A stretch of 64,000 nt of DNA, taken from Paraspadella gotoi. Lineage: Eukaryota; Animalia; Chaetognatha. This document shows positions 51,561 to 64,000 of the stretch, piece after piece. The stretch lies in contig CM119270.1 of NCBI GenBank assembly GCA_051294375.1, positions 9,929,086 through 9,993,085 on the forward strand, read 5' to 3'. Numbering within the stretch: the first letter of the stretch is position 1; the number at the start of each line of letters is the position of its first letter. The notes under the pieces were generated by a model. The model was not told the DNA's origin. It did no database searches and saw nothing but the letters and a program-made list of their open reading frames with translations. The translations under genes were made by a program, and so were the position numbers.

Positions 51561-53185
51561 TGAAGAGACAGTAATTATTGTTATGTGACAGAACCGTTCA
51601 ATATAAGAAGTCACTGAGCTTCGGATCAGGCTGTAACACCGAGCTACAGGCGGGTTAAGGTCCGGGATCACTAAATTCAAATTATAATTAGGCTAAAACC
51701 GACCTCGGATTTCGAAAGGATAGCTCCTGACGATTCCGAAAATGTATTCACTTTACTATTTTTTCAAAGGCGTCATCGTTTTTTCGATTTTTTTGGTACT
51801 ATATAAAATAAAAGAAACCTATTTGAAGAGTTGCAGCCCAAACGGTAAGGCGGTTTCTCATGAAATTTGACATGAATTACCTTTAGGTCACGAACTCCAA
51901 TTCTATGAAAAGATACTTTCAAAATTTGCCTTCCTTCATAGAAAATTTGATTATTTTAGTCAATTTTTGGGATTAATTCCTTGATATTTTTGAAACAAAA
52001 AACATTTTTCCAAAAACGCGCTCATAGAATCTCCCCCACCTTTCTTTTCTTGCCCAAGATATTTTTTTCTTCAAGAAGAGTCCAGCGGTTTGAGCTGCAA
52101 CTTCGTCAAGAAAATTAAATTCTGTACTCATTATTTTTGCAAGATTCACCACAACATACACAAGCACGGGATGTGATGATGGAGTTCGTTCAACGCCGAT
52201 GTCTTAAAAAAATGGCTTACTGTTTTTAATTTTATTAATTCAGATTTGATTTTTTTTCAGAGATGATATAAACATTTACATAAAGTAAAAAGTCAAATGG
52301 AAATAAATTTGATAAGTTTTTTAACTCATAAAATTCATAAAAGCATTTAAGACTTATTAGTGATACAACTCCAAGTATGTACTTGTACCAAAAGAAGAAT
52401 TAAAAATAAGAAGTAGAAATTGAGCTTACTGTAAAGAATAAGTTTTAAGTTAAAAATTTGGTAGTAGAAATTTAGTTTATATTTAAAAAATCTTTTTCTC
52501 TTGAAAATTTAGTTTTACCGAAGAAAAAATTTTGTTTAAAATTTTATGAACATTTTAGGTAGATTTTTAAAAGTTTTTGATTATTTTCTAATAGAAAACC
52601 TCTTATAAGATGTGAGAAAATGATTAAGATACAGTAAATAAATATTTCTACAATTTTAGGTTGAGTGATCCCTCTTAACTGCTAGGCAACTACCGGGCTA
52701 GAACCCCGGACCTTTGAGTTGGGAGGCGAATGACTTGCCTTCGGCACCAATAGCCGCTGATGAATGGTTTAGTCCACCATACATCCCCCCCTCCCGTAGG
52801 GAGAAGTCTGTTGCATCTCTTCAGTGAATTGTTGTTGTTGGTAAAAAGTTCATCACCAAGTTGAGGCATGTCGCCTGATGTGTTGTTGGCGGAAAGTGCA
52901 TCGACAGGTTGAGGCATGTCGCCTGAAAGCGTCGTTGTTGCTCTTGTATTCGGAAGTCGAGCTCACCAATGAAGAGACAGTAATTATTGTTATGTGTTAA
53001 TGACAGAACTGTTCAATATAAACGGTCCCTGAGCTTCGGAACAGGCTGTAACACCGAGTTACAGGCGGGTTAAGCGCCCCGTTCCTCTTAACTGCTAGGC
53101 GACCACCAGGCTAGAACCCCGGACCTTTGGGTTAGGAGGCGAATGACTTGCCTGATGAATAGTTGGTGGATTTTAGTCCACCATA
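51561..53185 (-). mobile_element. Complete TRIM-like family A element with 4-bp TSD
   Basis: 5' LTR 53185-52970 (TATGG...TCTTCA); PBS-like T-TGGTGAGCTCGAC; 188-bp non-coding interior; PPT GGGAGGGGGGGATG; 3' LTR split into 52781-52671 and 51659-51561; AGAC at both flanks (51557-60 and 53186-89). Confidence 0.9.
51660..52672. mobile_element. ~1 kb AT-rich insertion splitting the TRIM-A 3' LTR, possibly Kolobok-like
   Basis: TTAA next to both junctions; short inverted repeat GGGATCACT / AGTGATCCC near the ends. Confidence 0.5.
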
Positions 53186-56100
53186 AGACTTTGTTTAAAT
53201 ATTAATGTTAAAATACAGGATAAAGGAACAGAAATGGAGAAGAGAGCAAAAATTCTATATCTTTGTCTCACTGCCGTTTTCTACCAAAATCTGCATTGGC
53301 ATGAGGGGCTATAGAAGATCATCCGTGTAAATATTAAAATTCAAGTTCGATTTATAAAAAAAAATTAATTAATTAATTATTTAAATAAATAAATAAATAA
53401 ATAAAGAAAAATTAATTAATTAATTAATTAAATAATTAAATAAACATTTTCAAAAAAATGAATGAAATGAATGAATGAATGAATGAATGAATGAATGAAT
53501 ATAGGAATGAGTCAATTTTGGAATGAATGAATTAAGGGATTTAGACGATATTGTTATGAATATTGAAGACGAGGACGACGACAACGACGACGATGACGAT
53601 ATTGACACCGACGATCGTGCCGCCTTTTTCTCTCATCTCTCTCGGGGAACATCTGGAAAAAAAGGAAAGCAAACGGAAAACGTAAACAAAGAATTTTTTT
53701 GGTTTTGGATGCGATTTCCAGATAATCCCGTCACCGGAAGTGACGTTTCATGCAAATTTAAACCAAACACGATGAGAAGCAAAACTAGACGGGGGATGAA
53801 ATAAAAAAAACATCAACAACATCAACGACGAAGATAACGACAAAAAAAAAACAAGAACAACAGTGTTGTTCAACGACGACGACGATAACCCAGCCAGATG
53901 AAATCGTAAACCTCGAAGACCACATGTATGCGTTTTGAGGAGATTCAAATCGCGAAACAAAAATAAGATTCAAGAGTTTTTTTTTGAAGTTTTGGGTTTG
54001 TTTTTTTTTTTTTTTTTTTTTTTAAACTTTTTTCTTATTTTAGTTTGTATTTTTGGAGGGGGAGGCCAGACCAGAGGAGGAGGGCTTTTTTTTTCTCTCT
54101 CTCTTCCTCTGCGGGCTTCGTAATTCATATCGACCACCGCCCTGTTTTCTCTTAACTTTTACGTTTTTTTTCTTTGTTTCTTCTTTTCTCTCCTTCGCCT
54201 CAGATATTGAGAATTTTTTTAATTCTGCACATTTTTTTTTCTTTTCTGTTTAATTCAAATCGTTTGACGCGGAGAAAAAAAGAGAAGCAGGGAATTGGAA
54301 AGGAAGATAGAAAAGAAAAAACCAAGGGAATCTAATAGTGGTAGAAACAATGAAATAGGAAGTTAAAGTCTCCGTGTAGGAAAAAGCACAATAGTAGAGT
54401 AGAAAGAGCTAAAAACTAGAAAATTAGCAGTTTAAAAATATTTGTAATCTTGGTAGTCTTTCTAACAAATTGCCCCAGTTCCTCAGCCCCGAACGCGAAG
54501 AAACCGGGAACGGATCCCACATTTTTGGCCCAGCTGTTGTCTTGAAACGCACGAAAGGTTTAAGAAAAAAACTTCACAAACTTTTAACGATCTTCGGACT
54601 TCTAAAAAAAATATAATCCAAATCATATTGAAAATCCCAAACTTCTTTTTTCAATTTAATTTCGGGGAAGAATGAGCAGAATTTCGAATCTAAAAAGATA
54701 ATCAAGAAAGGCAAGCGCGATCAATCGTTTCGACAACGAGAGCGGTTCAATTTTCGGATGGGAAAGCAATTGTCAGTTTTTAGTCGGATCTGCTTATAAG
54801 CAGATCCCGACACTATAATTCACTTTGTCGATAAGGTCGGTCCGCCCCCTCAATCTTGTCGGGCATTAACTTATTTCATGTCAGAACATAAGTTATGCAA
54901 AAAAAAAACGATGTCCGCCCGCCCGTCCGTCNNNNNNNNNNCAATTGACCTGAAATTTTGTATGTGGGTAGGAACATATTTGATTAAGCTGGAAATCAAG
55001 TTTCGATGGATCTTTTGAGTGGAAATGAGTTTAAATGGAAAAAAACAAAAAACCTGTTTCACAAATTGATTATGCTTCTTTTTCTTTTTATATTAAATGT
55101 AAATGCAACTCAATAGGGTGAGTCAAAAATTTAGAGTGAATACATGCTCAAACGAATATTTAGACATTTTTAAGAATACTTTCAATGAACAAAAATTTAT
55201 AATATGGCCCTATACTCTAGTAATTAATTTTTTAATATTTATTTATAAACAGGAAAGGCCAAAAATTTTTTTAGAATTTTTAAATTTTAAGACCAGATTC
55301 AGATAGCTCATACAAAGTATAATTCTTTTTTAAATATTTTTACGATAAGTGTGTCAAAAATAAGAAAAACGTAAAAAATTATCATCTTTCGATGAATTTA
55401 TCAGTTTTTTTATATTTTCACTTAGAAAACGTAAGAATTTTTAAAAGCTGTAATTATATTTCTTGTTTAACTTTTTATGCTATATCAGAATGCAAAAAAT
55501 TTTAAGATTTTAAAAAAATATTTTTTGCTCTATATAGTAATATAATATTTTTTAATTAGGCTAGTACCCTCAGAAGAAAGCATTTTTGACAAAAAATATT
55601 TTAATACCATAATCTATGGTCATGATAGATTATTTTAACGCTGTATACATTAGCATTTAAATTTCATTGGCTATTGCTAATGCAAGATGTATAAATTAAT
55701 CAAAATAATTAATCAGTTAATTAATTTATTAGTCAATTAATTAATCAATTTTTAATTAATCAGTCAATTAATCAATCAAAACAAACATTTCGGATCAAGT
55801 TAATTATTTAATAAACTAATTAATTAATTAACTTGAATTAATTCATTATTAATTATTTAATTACCGATATTGATCGTGGGCAGATCCGACATTGTTTGCT
55901 CAAACTTGTAACGTTAAAGAACGCGTAATGATATTAATAATTATTGGCAGATTTAAACATTTACCTTACAAAAAACCTTTAAAATGAATAATAGAAATAT
56001 TTTTTAAAAATATTTTACCGTCTTAAACCTGAAATTTTTTTCAAGTGTGTGCAGTGCACTGTGCAGTCAATATTTCTAAAAAAGTAAAGGAAACATAGAT

Positions 56101-58405
56101 AATTTAAAATAGAACCGAATGAGACGGAGTCGAAGTTGTATTTTTTTTTTTGAGGCTTATTTTTTTGACGTCATCTGATGCTTCTTTCTGTTTTTCTGAG
56201 TCTCTTTTCTTTCGATCCGTCGGTTTTATTTATTTTCCGCCTTCCAGTTTTTCAATATTCTTTTGTTTGATTTTAATTGTCGAATCCAATCTCTTTAGTT
56301 TTTTTATATCTTACCACGCACTTAGGCGTCTTCGGCATGCATTTTTAATCGTAGAAAGTATTTAACAGTCGAATGAATAGCTTTTATATCTAAAAAAATA
56401 ATACAAGTTCAACGTAATTAGTGATCGATATGTAAACAAATCTGGCCGTGTAAACAGATATTTCAAAATAGAATATTCTGCTTCATATTTGATTTCTCGG
56501 TCAAAATGTGCCGACTTTAACTTCTTCTGAGATGGTTTTGAAAATAGGGAACGTCCACCTGGATCCCCTTACGATTTTCTCAAAACACGAAACAGGAAGA
56601 AGAAAATTCACCTCTAAAAATTGATCACATGAGAGCGAGAGGGAGAGTCATGAATCGTCTTGGGAAATTACCCATGCTCTCTTTCACAAGAAACACGGAA
56701 ATATAAGGAATGGAGAAAGAAATAGAAAGAGAGAAAGAGAGCGAGAGAGAGAGAGAGATTTTCATTCCAATATTCTCTTGTCGTCCCATTTCTTATAATT
56801 TTACTTTCTTCGACGTATTAAAAGAAAAAAAATAGATACGATCCCAAAATACAACAATTTTCAAATCAATCGGTTAGTTTACAAAAACAAAAAACAAAAA
56901 CATAATCAAAATAAAAATAAAGAAAACATAAGGTAGGTTAATTATCTTCTTCCCCAAAATATTCGGTCGTCCCACAAAAATTCGAAATATTTTTTTTATC
57001 GTTAAATTTCTCGGTCTGAGTTTTCCCCGAATATTTTTACGGGTTTTTCACGGAAAGATGATGAAAGAAGCGACGAGGGCCGAAGACAGGGGAGAAGGTT
57101 TGTTTATTGACATTCGAGCCAATCATTCACTATTTTACGCTCATTTCTCTTCCCCCTTTTTTTTCAAGTAATATTTTTTTTATTATAAAGGAATGTTGAC
57201 TAATTTACGTTTTATAGACAGCCATGAAAATCAATTTTTTAAAAATGAGATGAAGAGAGAGGAGTCAAGGAGAGAAGAGGGTTTCATTAATTAATTAATT
57301 AATTTTTGGCCAACTTCATTAAAAAAAAATTTAAGTAAAATTCTTTACAGTGAATAGTTGATTAATCAAATCCCAGATCTTCATCGACGAAAAATTGAGA
57401 AAGGACGAAAAATTGTTTTTCTATCTTTGATGTAGAAGAAAAAAAATCGTTTTGGTGAATTTGAGTTTCTCTCTCTCTTTCTCTNNNNNNNNNNCTCTCT
57501 CTCTTCTCTTCAAAAACATTTTTCTCCCAACAAGGCCGCAGGTACAACGCGTCTCATGTAGATCAATAGGTCAAAGAAAAGTAGGTTTACTGTATTATGG
57601 GCAAAAGCTTTATTAGGTTAGAGCCAAACTTCGTCAATGGGGTGGGTCAGAAGTTTGATTTGGGAACCTTTCCAAATGAAACTTCATACATTTCTGAGAA
57701 AACTTTCAATGGAGCAAAATTTTCTAAACTGGCAAGAAGCATTAGTAATTAATTTTTTAATATTTATTTATAGATAGGAAATGTCAAAAAATTTTTTTTG
57801 AATTTTTTTATTTTTAAAAGCAGATTCAAATAGCTTATGAAGTTATTTACACAAAGTATAAATCTTTTTTCAATATTTTGATGATAAGTGGGTTAAAATT
57901 GAGAAAAACCTTAAAAAATCATCATCATCATCATCATCCGATGATTTTAGCAGTTTTTCCTAATTTTTAGTAATAAAACATCAAAATTTTAAAAAGTTGT
58001 AATTATATTTTTTGCTTAACTTTTTAAGCTCTATCAGAATCAATGAAAAAAACTTAAAATATCCAAAAACAATTTTTAACATTATATAGCAATATAATAA
58101 TATTAATTAGCGAATTACTCATGGTTCGGAACATTTTTTGCAAAAAAAAATTTTAACACAATAATTAATACCAATAATAGATTAGATTAATGCTGTTCCC
58201 ATTAAAATTTGAATTTGGTCGGCTCCCGCTAATTTTGGTTTGGGTTCCTTCATGCCAACGATCTTCTTACCCAGTGGGCGGATTTCCAGGAGGCTCTTTT
58301 TGTTCTTTCCCCGGGACCCAAACCCATCTTCCCTGAGGCCCAAACATGTCTGGATGCATCTTTAATTTGTCCTAAACAGCAAAGTGACAAAGTAAATATA
58401 AAAAA

Positions 58406-58445
<40 letters not shown>

Positions 58446-61400
58446 GAAGAGACAGTAATTATTGTTATGTTTAATGACAGAACTGTTCAATATAACGGTC
58501 CCTGAGCTTCGGAAACAGGCCTGTAACACCGGATTACAGGCGGGTTAAGCGCCCCGTTCCTCTTAACTGCTAGGGCGACCACCAGGCTAGAACCCCGGCC
58601 TTGGGTTAGGAGGCGAATGACTTGCCTGATGAATAGTTGGTGGATTTTTGTCCACCATAAGACTTTTGTTTAAATATAATGTTAAAATACAGGATAAAGG
58701 AACAGAAATGGAGAAGAGAGATCTATTTGTCTCACTGCCGTTTTCTACCAAAATCTGCATTGGCATGAGGGCTATAGAAGATCATCCGTTGTAAATATTA
58801 AAATTCAAGTTCGATTTAAAAAAAAAATTAATTAATTAATTATTTAAATAAATAAATAAATAAATAAAGAAAAAAATTAATTAATTAATTAATTAAATTA
58901 ATTAATATAAACATTTCAAAAAATGAATGAATGAATGAATGAATGAATGAATGAATGAATGAATGAATGAATGAATGAATGAATATAGGAATGAGTCAAT
59001 TTTGGAATGAATGAATTAAGGGATTTAGACGATATTGTTATGAATATTGAAGACGAGGACGACGACAACGACGACGATGACGATATTGACACCGACGATC
59101 GTGCCGCCTTTTTCTCTCATCTCTCTCGGGGAACATCTGGAAAAAAAGGAAAGCAAACGGAAAACGTAAACAAAGAATTTTTTTGGTTTTGGATGCGATT
59201 TCCAGATAATCCCGTCACCGGAAGTGACGTTTCATGCAAATTTAAACCAAACACGATGAGAAGCAAAACTAGACGGGGGATGAAATAAAAAAAACATACA
59301 ACAACATCAACGACGAAGATAACGACAAAAAAAAAAACAAGAACAACAGTGTTGTTCAACGACGACGACGATAACCCAGCCAGATGAAATCGTAAACCTC
59401 GAAGACCACATGTATGCGTTTTGAGGAGATTCAAATCGCGAAACAAAATAAAGATTCAAGAGTTTTTTGATTTTGGTTGTTTTGTTTTTTTTTTTTTTTT
59501 TTTAAACTTTTTTCTTATTTTAGTTTGTATTTTTGGAGGGGGAGGCCAGACCAGAGGAGGAGGGCTTTTTTTTTCTCTCTCTCTTCTCTGCGGGCTTCGT
59601 AATTCATATCGACACCGCCCTGTTTTCTCTTAACTTTTACGTTTTTTTTCTTTGTTTCTTCTTTTCTCTCCTTCGCCTCAGATATTGAGAATTTTTTAAT
59701 TCTGCACATTTTTTTTTCTTTTCTGTTTAATTCAAATCGTTTGACGCGGAGAAAAAAAGAGAAGCAGGGAATTGGAAAGGAAGATAGAAAAGAAAAAACA
59801 AGGGAATCTAATAGTGTTAGAAACAATGAAATAGGAAGTTAAAGTCTCCGTGTAGGAAAAAGCACAATAGTAGAGTAGAAAGAGCTAAAAACTAGAAAAT
59901 TAGCAGTTTAAAAATATTTGTAATCTTGGTAGTCTTTCTAACAAATTGCCCCAGTTCCTCAGCCCGAACGCGAAGAAACCGGGAACGGATCCCACATTTT
60001 TGGCCCAGCTGTTGTCTTGAAACGCACGAAGGTTTAAGAAAAAAAACTTCACAACTTTTAACGATCTTCGGACTTCTAAAAAAAATATAATCCAAATCAT
60101 ATTGAAAATCCCAAACTTCTTTTTTCATTTTAATTTCGGGGAAGAATGAGCAGAATTTCGAATCTAAAAAGATAATCAGAAAGGCAAGCGCGATCAATCG
60201 TTTCGACAACGAGAGCGGTTCAATTTTCGGATGGGAAAGCAATTGTCAGTTTTTAGTCGGATCTGCTTATAAGCAGATCCCGACACTATAATTCACTTTG
60301 TCGATAAGGTCGGTCGCCCCCTCAATCTTGTCGGCATTAACTTATTTCATGTCAGAACATAAGTATGCAAAAAAAAAACGATGTCCGCCCGCCCGTCCGT
60401 CCGTCCGTCCGTCCGTCCGTCCGTCCGACCTTAACAAAAACACCGATTACTCGTGATTGGATGGATGGATTGGAATTTGTATGTGGTTAGGGAAGTGTGA
60501 GATTGAGCTGGATATGAAGTTTCGATGGAATCATCCGAGTGGAAATGAGTTTAAATGGAAAAAACAAAAAAATATATCTCATTATTATTTGAACACCAAT
60601 TACTCATGAAAGGATGGGGCAATTGACCTGAAATTTTGTATGTGGGTAGGAACATATTTGATTAAGCTGGAAATCAAGTTTCGATGGATCTTTTGAGTGG
60701 AAATGAGTTTTAAATGGAAAAAAACAAAAAACCTGTTTCACAAATTGATTATGCTCTTTTCTTTTTATATTAAATGTAAATGCAACTCATAGGGTGAGTC
60801 AAAAATTTAGAGTGAATACATGCTCAAACGAATATTTAGACATTTTTAAGAAACTTTCAATGAACAAAAATTTATAATATGGCCCTATACTCTAGTAATT
60901 AATTTTTTTAATATTTATTTATAAACAGGAAAGGCCAAAAATTTTTTTAGAATTTTAAATTTTAAGACCAGATTCAGATAGCTCATACAAAGTATAATTC
61001 TTTTTTAAATATTTTTACGATAAGTGTGTCAAAAATAAGAAAACGTAAAAAATTATCATCTTCGATGAATTTATCAGTTTTTTTATATTTTCACTTAGAA
61101 AACGTAAGAATTTTTAAAAGCTGTAATTATATTTCTTGTTTAACTTTTTATGCTATATCAGAATGCAAAAAATTTTAAGATTTTTAAAAAAATATTTTTT
61201 GCTCTATATAGTAATATAATATTTTTTAATTAGGCTAGTAGCCTCAGAAGAAAGCATTTTTGACAAAAAATTTTTAATACCATAATCTATGGTCATGATA
61301 GATTATTTTAACGCTGTATACATTAGCATTTAAATTTCATTGGCTATTGCTAATGCAAGATGTATAAATTAATCAAAATAATTAATCAGTTAATTAATTT

Positions 61401-63131
61401 ATTAGTCAATTAATTAATCAATTTTTAATTAATCAGTCAATTAATCAATCAAAAAAACATTTTCGGATCAAGTTAATTATTTAATAAACTAATAATTAAT
61501 TAACTTGAATTAATTCATTATTAATTATTTAATTACCGATATTGATCGTGGGCAGATCCGACATTGTTTGCTCAAACTTGTACGTTAAAGAACGCGTAAT
61601 GATATTAATAATTATTGGCAGATTTAAACATTTACCTTACAAAAAACTTTAAAATGAATAATAGAAATATTTTTTAAAAATATTTTACCGTCTTAAACCT
61701 GAAATTTTTTTCAAGTGTGTGCAGTGCACTGTGCAGTCAATATTTCTAAAAAAAGTAAAGGAAACATAGATAATTTAAAATAGAACCGAATGAGACGGAG
61801 TCGAAGTTGTATTTTTTTTTTTTGAGGCTTATTTTTTTGACGTCATCTGATGCTTCTTTCTGTTTTTCTGAGTCTCTTTTCTTTCGATCCGTCGGTTTTA
61901 TTTATTTTCCGCCTTCCAGTTTTTCAATATTCTTTTGTTTGATTTTAATTGTCGAATCCAATCTCTTTAGATTTTTTTATATCTTACCACGCACTTAGGC
62001 GTCTTCGGCATGCATTTTTAATCGTAGAAAGTATTTAACAGTCGAATGAATAGCTTTTATATCTAAAAAATAATACAAGTTCAACGTAATTAGTGATCGA
62101 TATGTAAACAAATCTGGCCGTGTAAACAGATATTTCAAAAATAGAATATTCTGCTTCATATTTGATTTCTCGGTCAAAATGTGCCGACTTAACTTCTCTG
62201 AGATGGTTTTGAAAAATAGGGAACGTCCACCTGGATCCCCTTACGATTTTCTCAAAACACGAAACAGGAAAAGAGAAAATCACCTCTAAAAATTGATCAC
62301 ATGAGAGCGAGAGGGAGAGTCATGAATCGTCTTGGGAAATTACCCATGCTCTCTTTTCACAAGAAACACGGAAATATAAGGAATGGAGAAAGAAATAGAG
62401 AAGAGAGAAAGAGAGCGAGAGAGAGAGAGAGATTTTCATTCCAATATTCTCTTGTCGTCCCTTTTCTTATAATTTTACTTTCTTCGACGTATTAAAGAAA
62501 AAAATAGATACGATCCCAAAATACAACAATTTTCAAATCAATCGGTTAGTTTACAAAAACAAAAAACAAAAAACATAATCAAAATAAAAATAAAGAAAAC
62601 ATAAGGTAGGTTAATTATCTTCTTCCCCAAAATATTCGTTCGTCCACAAAAATTCGAAATATTTTTTTATCGTTAAATTTCTCGGTCTGAGTTTTCCCCG
62701 AATATTTTTACGGGTTTTTCACGGAAGATGATGAAAGAAGCGACGAGGCCGAAGACAGGGGAGAAGGTTTGTTTATTGACATTCGAGCCAATCATATCAC
62801 TATTTTACGCTCATTCTCTTCCCCCTTTTTTTTCAAGTAATATTTTTTTATTATAAAGGAATGTTGACTAATTTACGTTTTATAGACAGCCATGAAAATC
62901 AATTTTTTAAAAATGAGATGAAGAGAGAGGAGTCAAGGAGAGAGAGGGTTTCATTAATTAATTAATTAATTTTTGGCCAACTTCATTAAAAAAAAATTTA
63001 AGTAAAATTCTTTACAGTGAATAGTTGATTAATCAAATCCCAGATCTTCATCGACGAAAAATTGAGAAAGGACGAAAAATTGTTTTTCTATCTTTGATGT
63101 AGAAGAAAAAAATCGTTTTGGTGAATTTGAG

Positions 63132-63164
<33 letters not shown>

Positions 63165-63897
63165 TCCTTCTCTTCAAAAACATTTTTTCCCAACAAGGCC
63201 GCAGGTACAACGCGTCTCATGTAGATCAATAGGTCAAAGAGAAAAGTAGGTTTACTGTATTATGGGCAAAAGCTTTATTAGGTTAGAGCCAAACTTGTCA
63301 ATGGGGTGGGTCAGAAGTTTGATTTGGGAACCTTTCCAAATGAAACTTCATACATTTCTGAGAAAAACTTTCAATGGAGCAAAATTTCTAAACTGGCAAG
63401 AAGCATTAGTAATTACATTTTTTAATATTTATTTATAGATAGGAAATGTCAAAAAATTTTTTTTTGAATTTTTTATTTTTAAAAGCAGATTCAAATAGCT
63501 TATGAAGTTATTTACACAAAGTATAATCTCTTTTTCAATATTTTGATGATAAGTGGGTTTAAAATTGAGAAAAACCTTAAAAAATCATTCATCATCATCA
63601 TCATCTGATGATTTTAGCAGTTTTTACTAATTTTAGTAATAAAACATCAAAATTTTAAACAGTTGTAATTATATTTTTTGCTTAACTTTTTAAGCTCTAT
63701 CAGAATCAATTAAAAAAACTTAAAACATCCACCAAAAAATTTTTGACATTATATAGCAATATAATAATATTAATTAGCGAATTACTCATGTTTCGGAACA
63801 TCTTTGCCAAAAAATATTTTAACACAATAATTAATACCAATAGGATTAGTTTATGCTGTTCCCATTAAAATTTGAATTTGGTCGGCTACCGCTAATT
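52967..63897 (+). repeat. Near-identical tandem duplication (52967-58234 and 58442-63897)
   Basis: Same sequence order and identical 93-aa ORF at 53523 and 59007; differences are mostly homopolymer indels. Confidence 0.95.
54777..55909 (+). mobile_element. DINE-1/HINE-like element with nested ~570-bp repeat; duplicate at 60250-61581
   Basis: TTTTTAGTCGGATCTGCTTATAAGCAGATCCCGAC...GGCAGATCCGACATTGTTTGCTCAAACTTG. Confidence 0.8.
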
Positions 63898-64000
63898 AGG
63901 TTTGTTAATTTGTCGGACGACGGCCTCCGACCCGACAGCGAAAACCCATTATGCGATAGAAACCAGTGTTGTGAGCGTTTCCAATGGAAACCTAACCCCG

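Noticed and set aside
53150-53185. CTGATGA plus hairpin on the antisense strand of the TRIM-A LTR as a hammerhead ribozyme
   Set aside because: No GAAA after the stem and no closing helices found.
53523-53804. 93-aa acidic ORF duplicated at 59007
   Set aside because: Built on ATGA and GAC microsatellites with no domain; identity is explained by the duplication.

Overview
AT-rich, repeat-dense eukaryotic (animal-like) draft-genome window with N gaps and several indel-ridden stretches; no prokaryotic features or CRISPR. Two spliced genes can be rebuilt by hand. (1) The last three coding exons of a clan-2-like cytochrome P450 (+, 3130-4607; EVQR, PERF and FSVGARRCIG motifs, the last split by a phase-2 intron). 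(2) A PRRT3/PRRT4-family 7-TM protein gene (-, at least 12 phase-consistent GT-AG exons, 46533 to 15503, at least 698 aa; true first and last exons unresolved). The rest is mobile DNA: an internally deleted Gypsy element and a solo LTR of it; two families of non-coding miniature LTR elements (TRIM-like); DINE-1/HINE-like (Helentron-associated) elements with internal tandem repeats and a related satellite; two TIR-bounded elements of about 3-3.7 kb; and a roughly 5.5 kb near-identical tandem duplication that may be an assembly artefact. Best candidates for novelty: a complete TRIM (4-bp TSD, PBS, PPT) whose LTR carries a tRNA-like cassette, analogous to Cassandra's 5S cassette; a second TRIM with a hairpin-dense LTR showing covariation; and two different LTR elements inserted at the same GTAC of the same host repeat. 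All family assignments come from motif recognition by eye, not from database searches.
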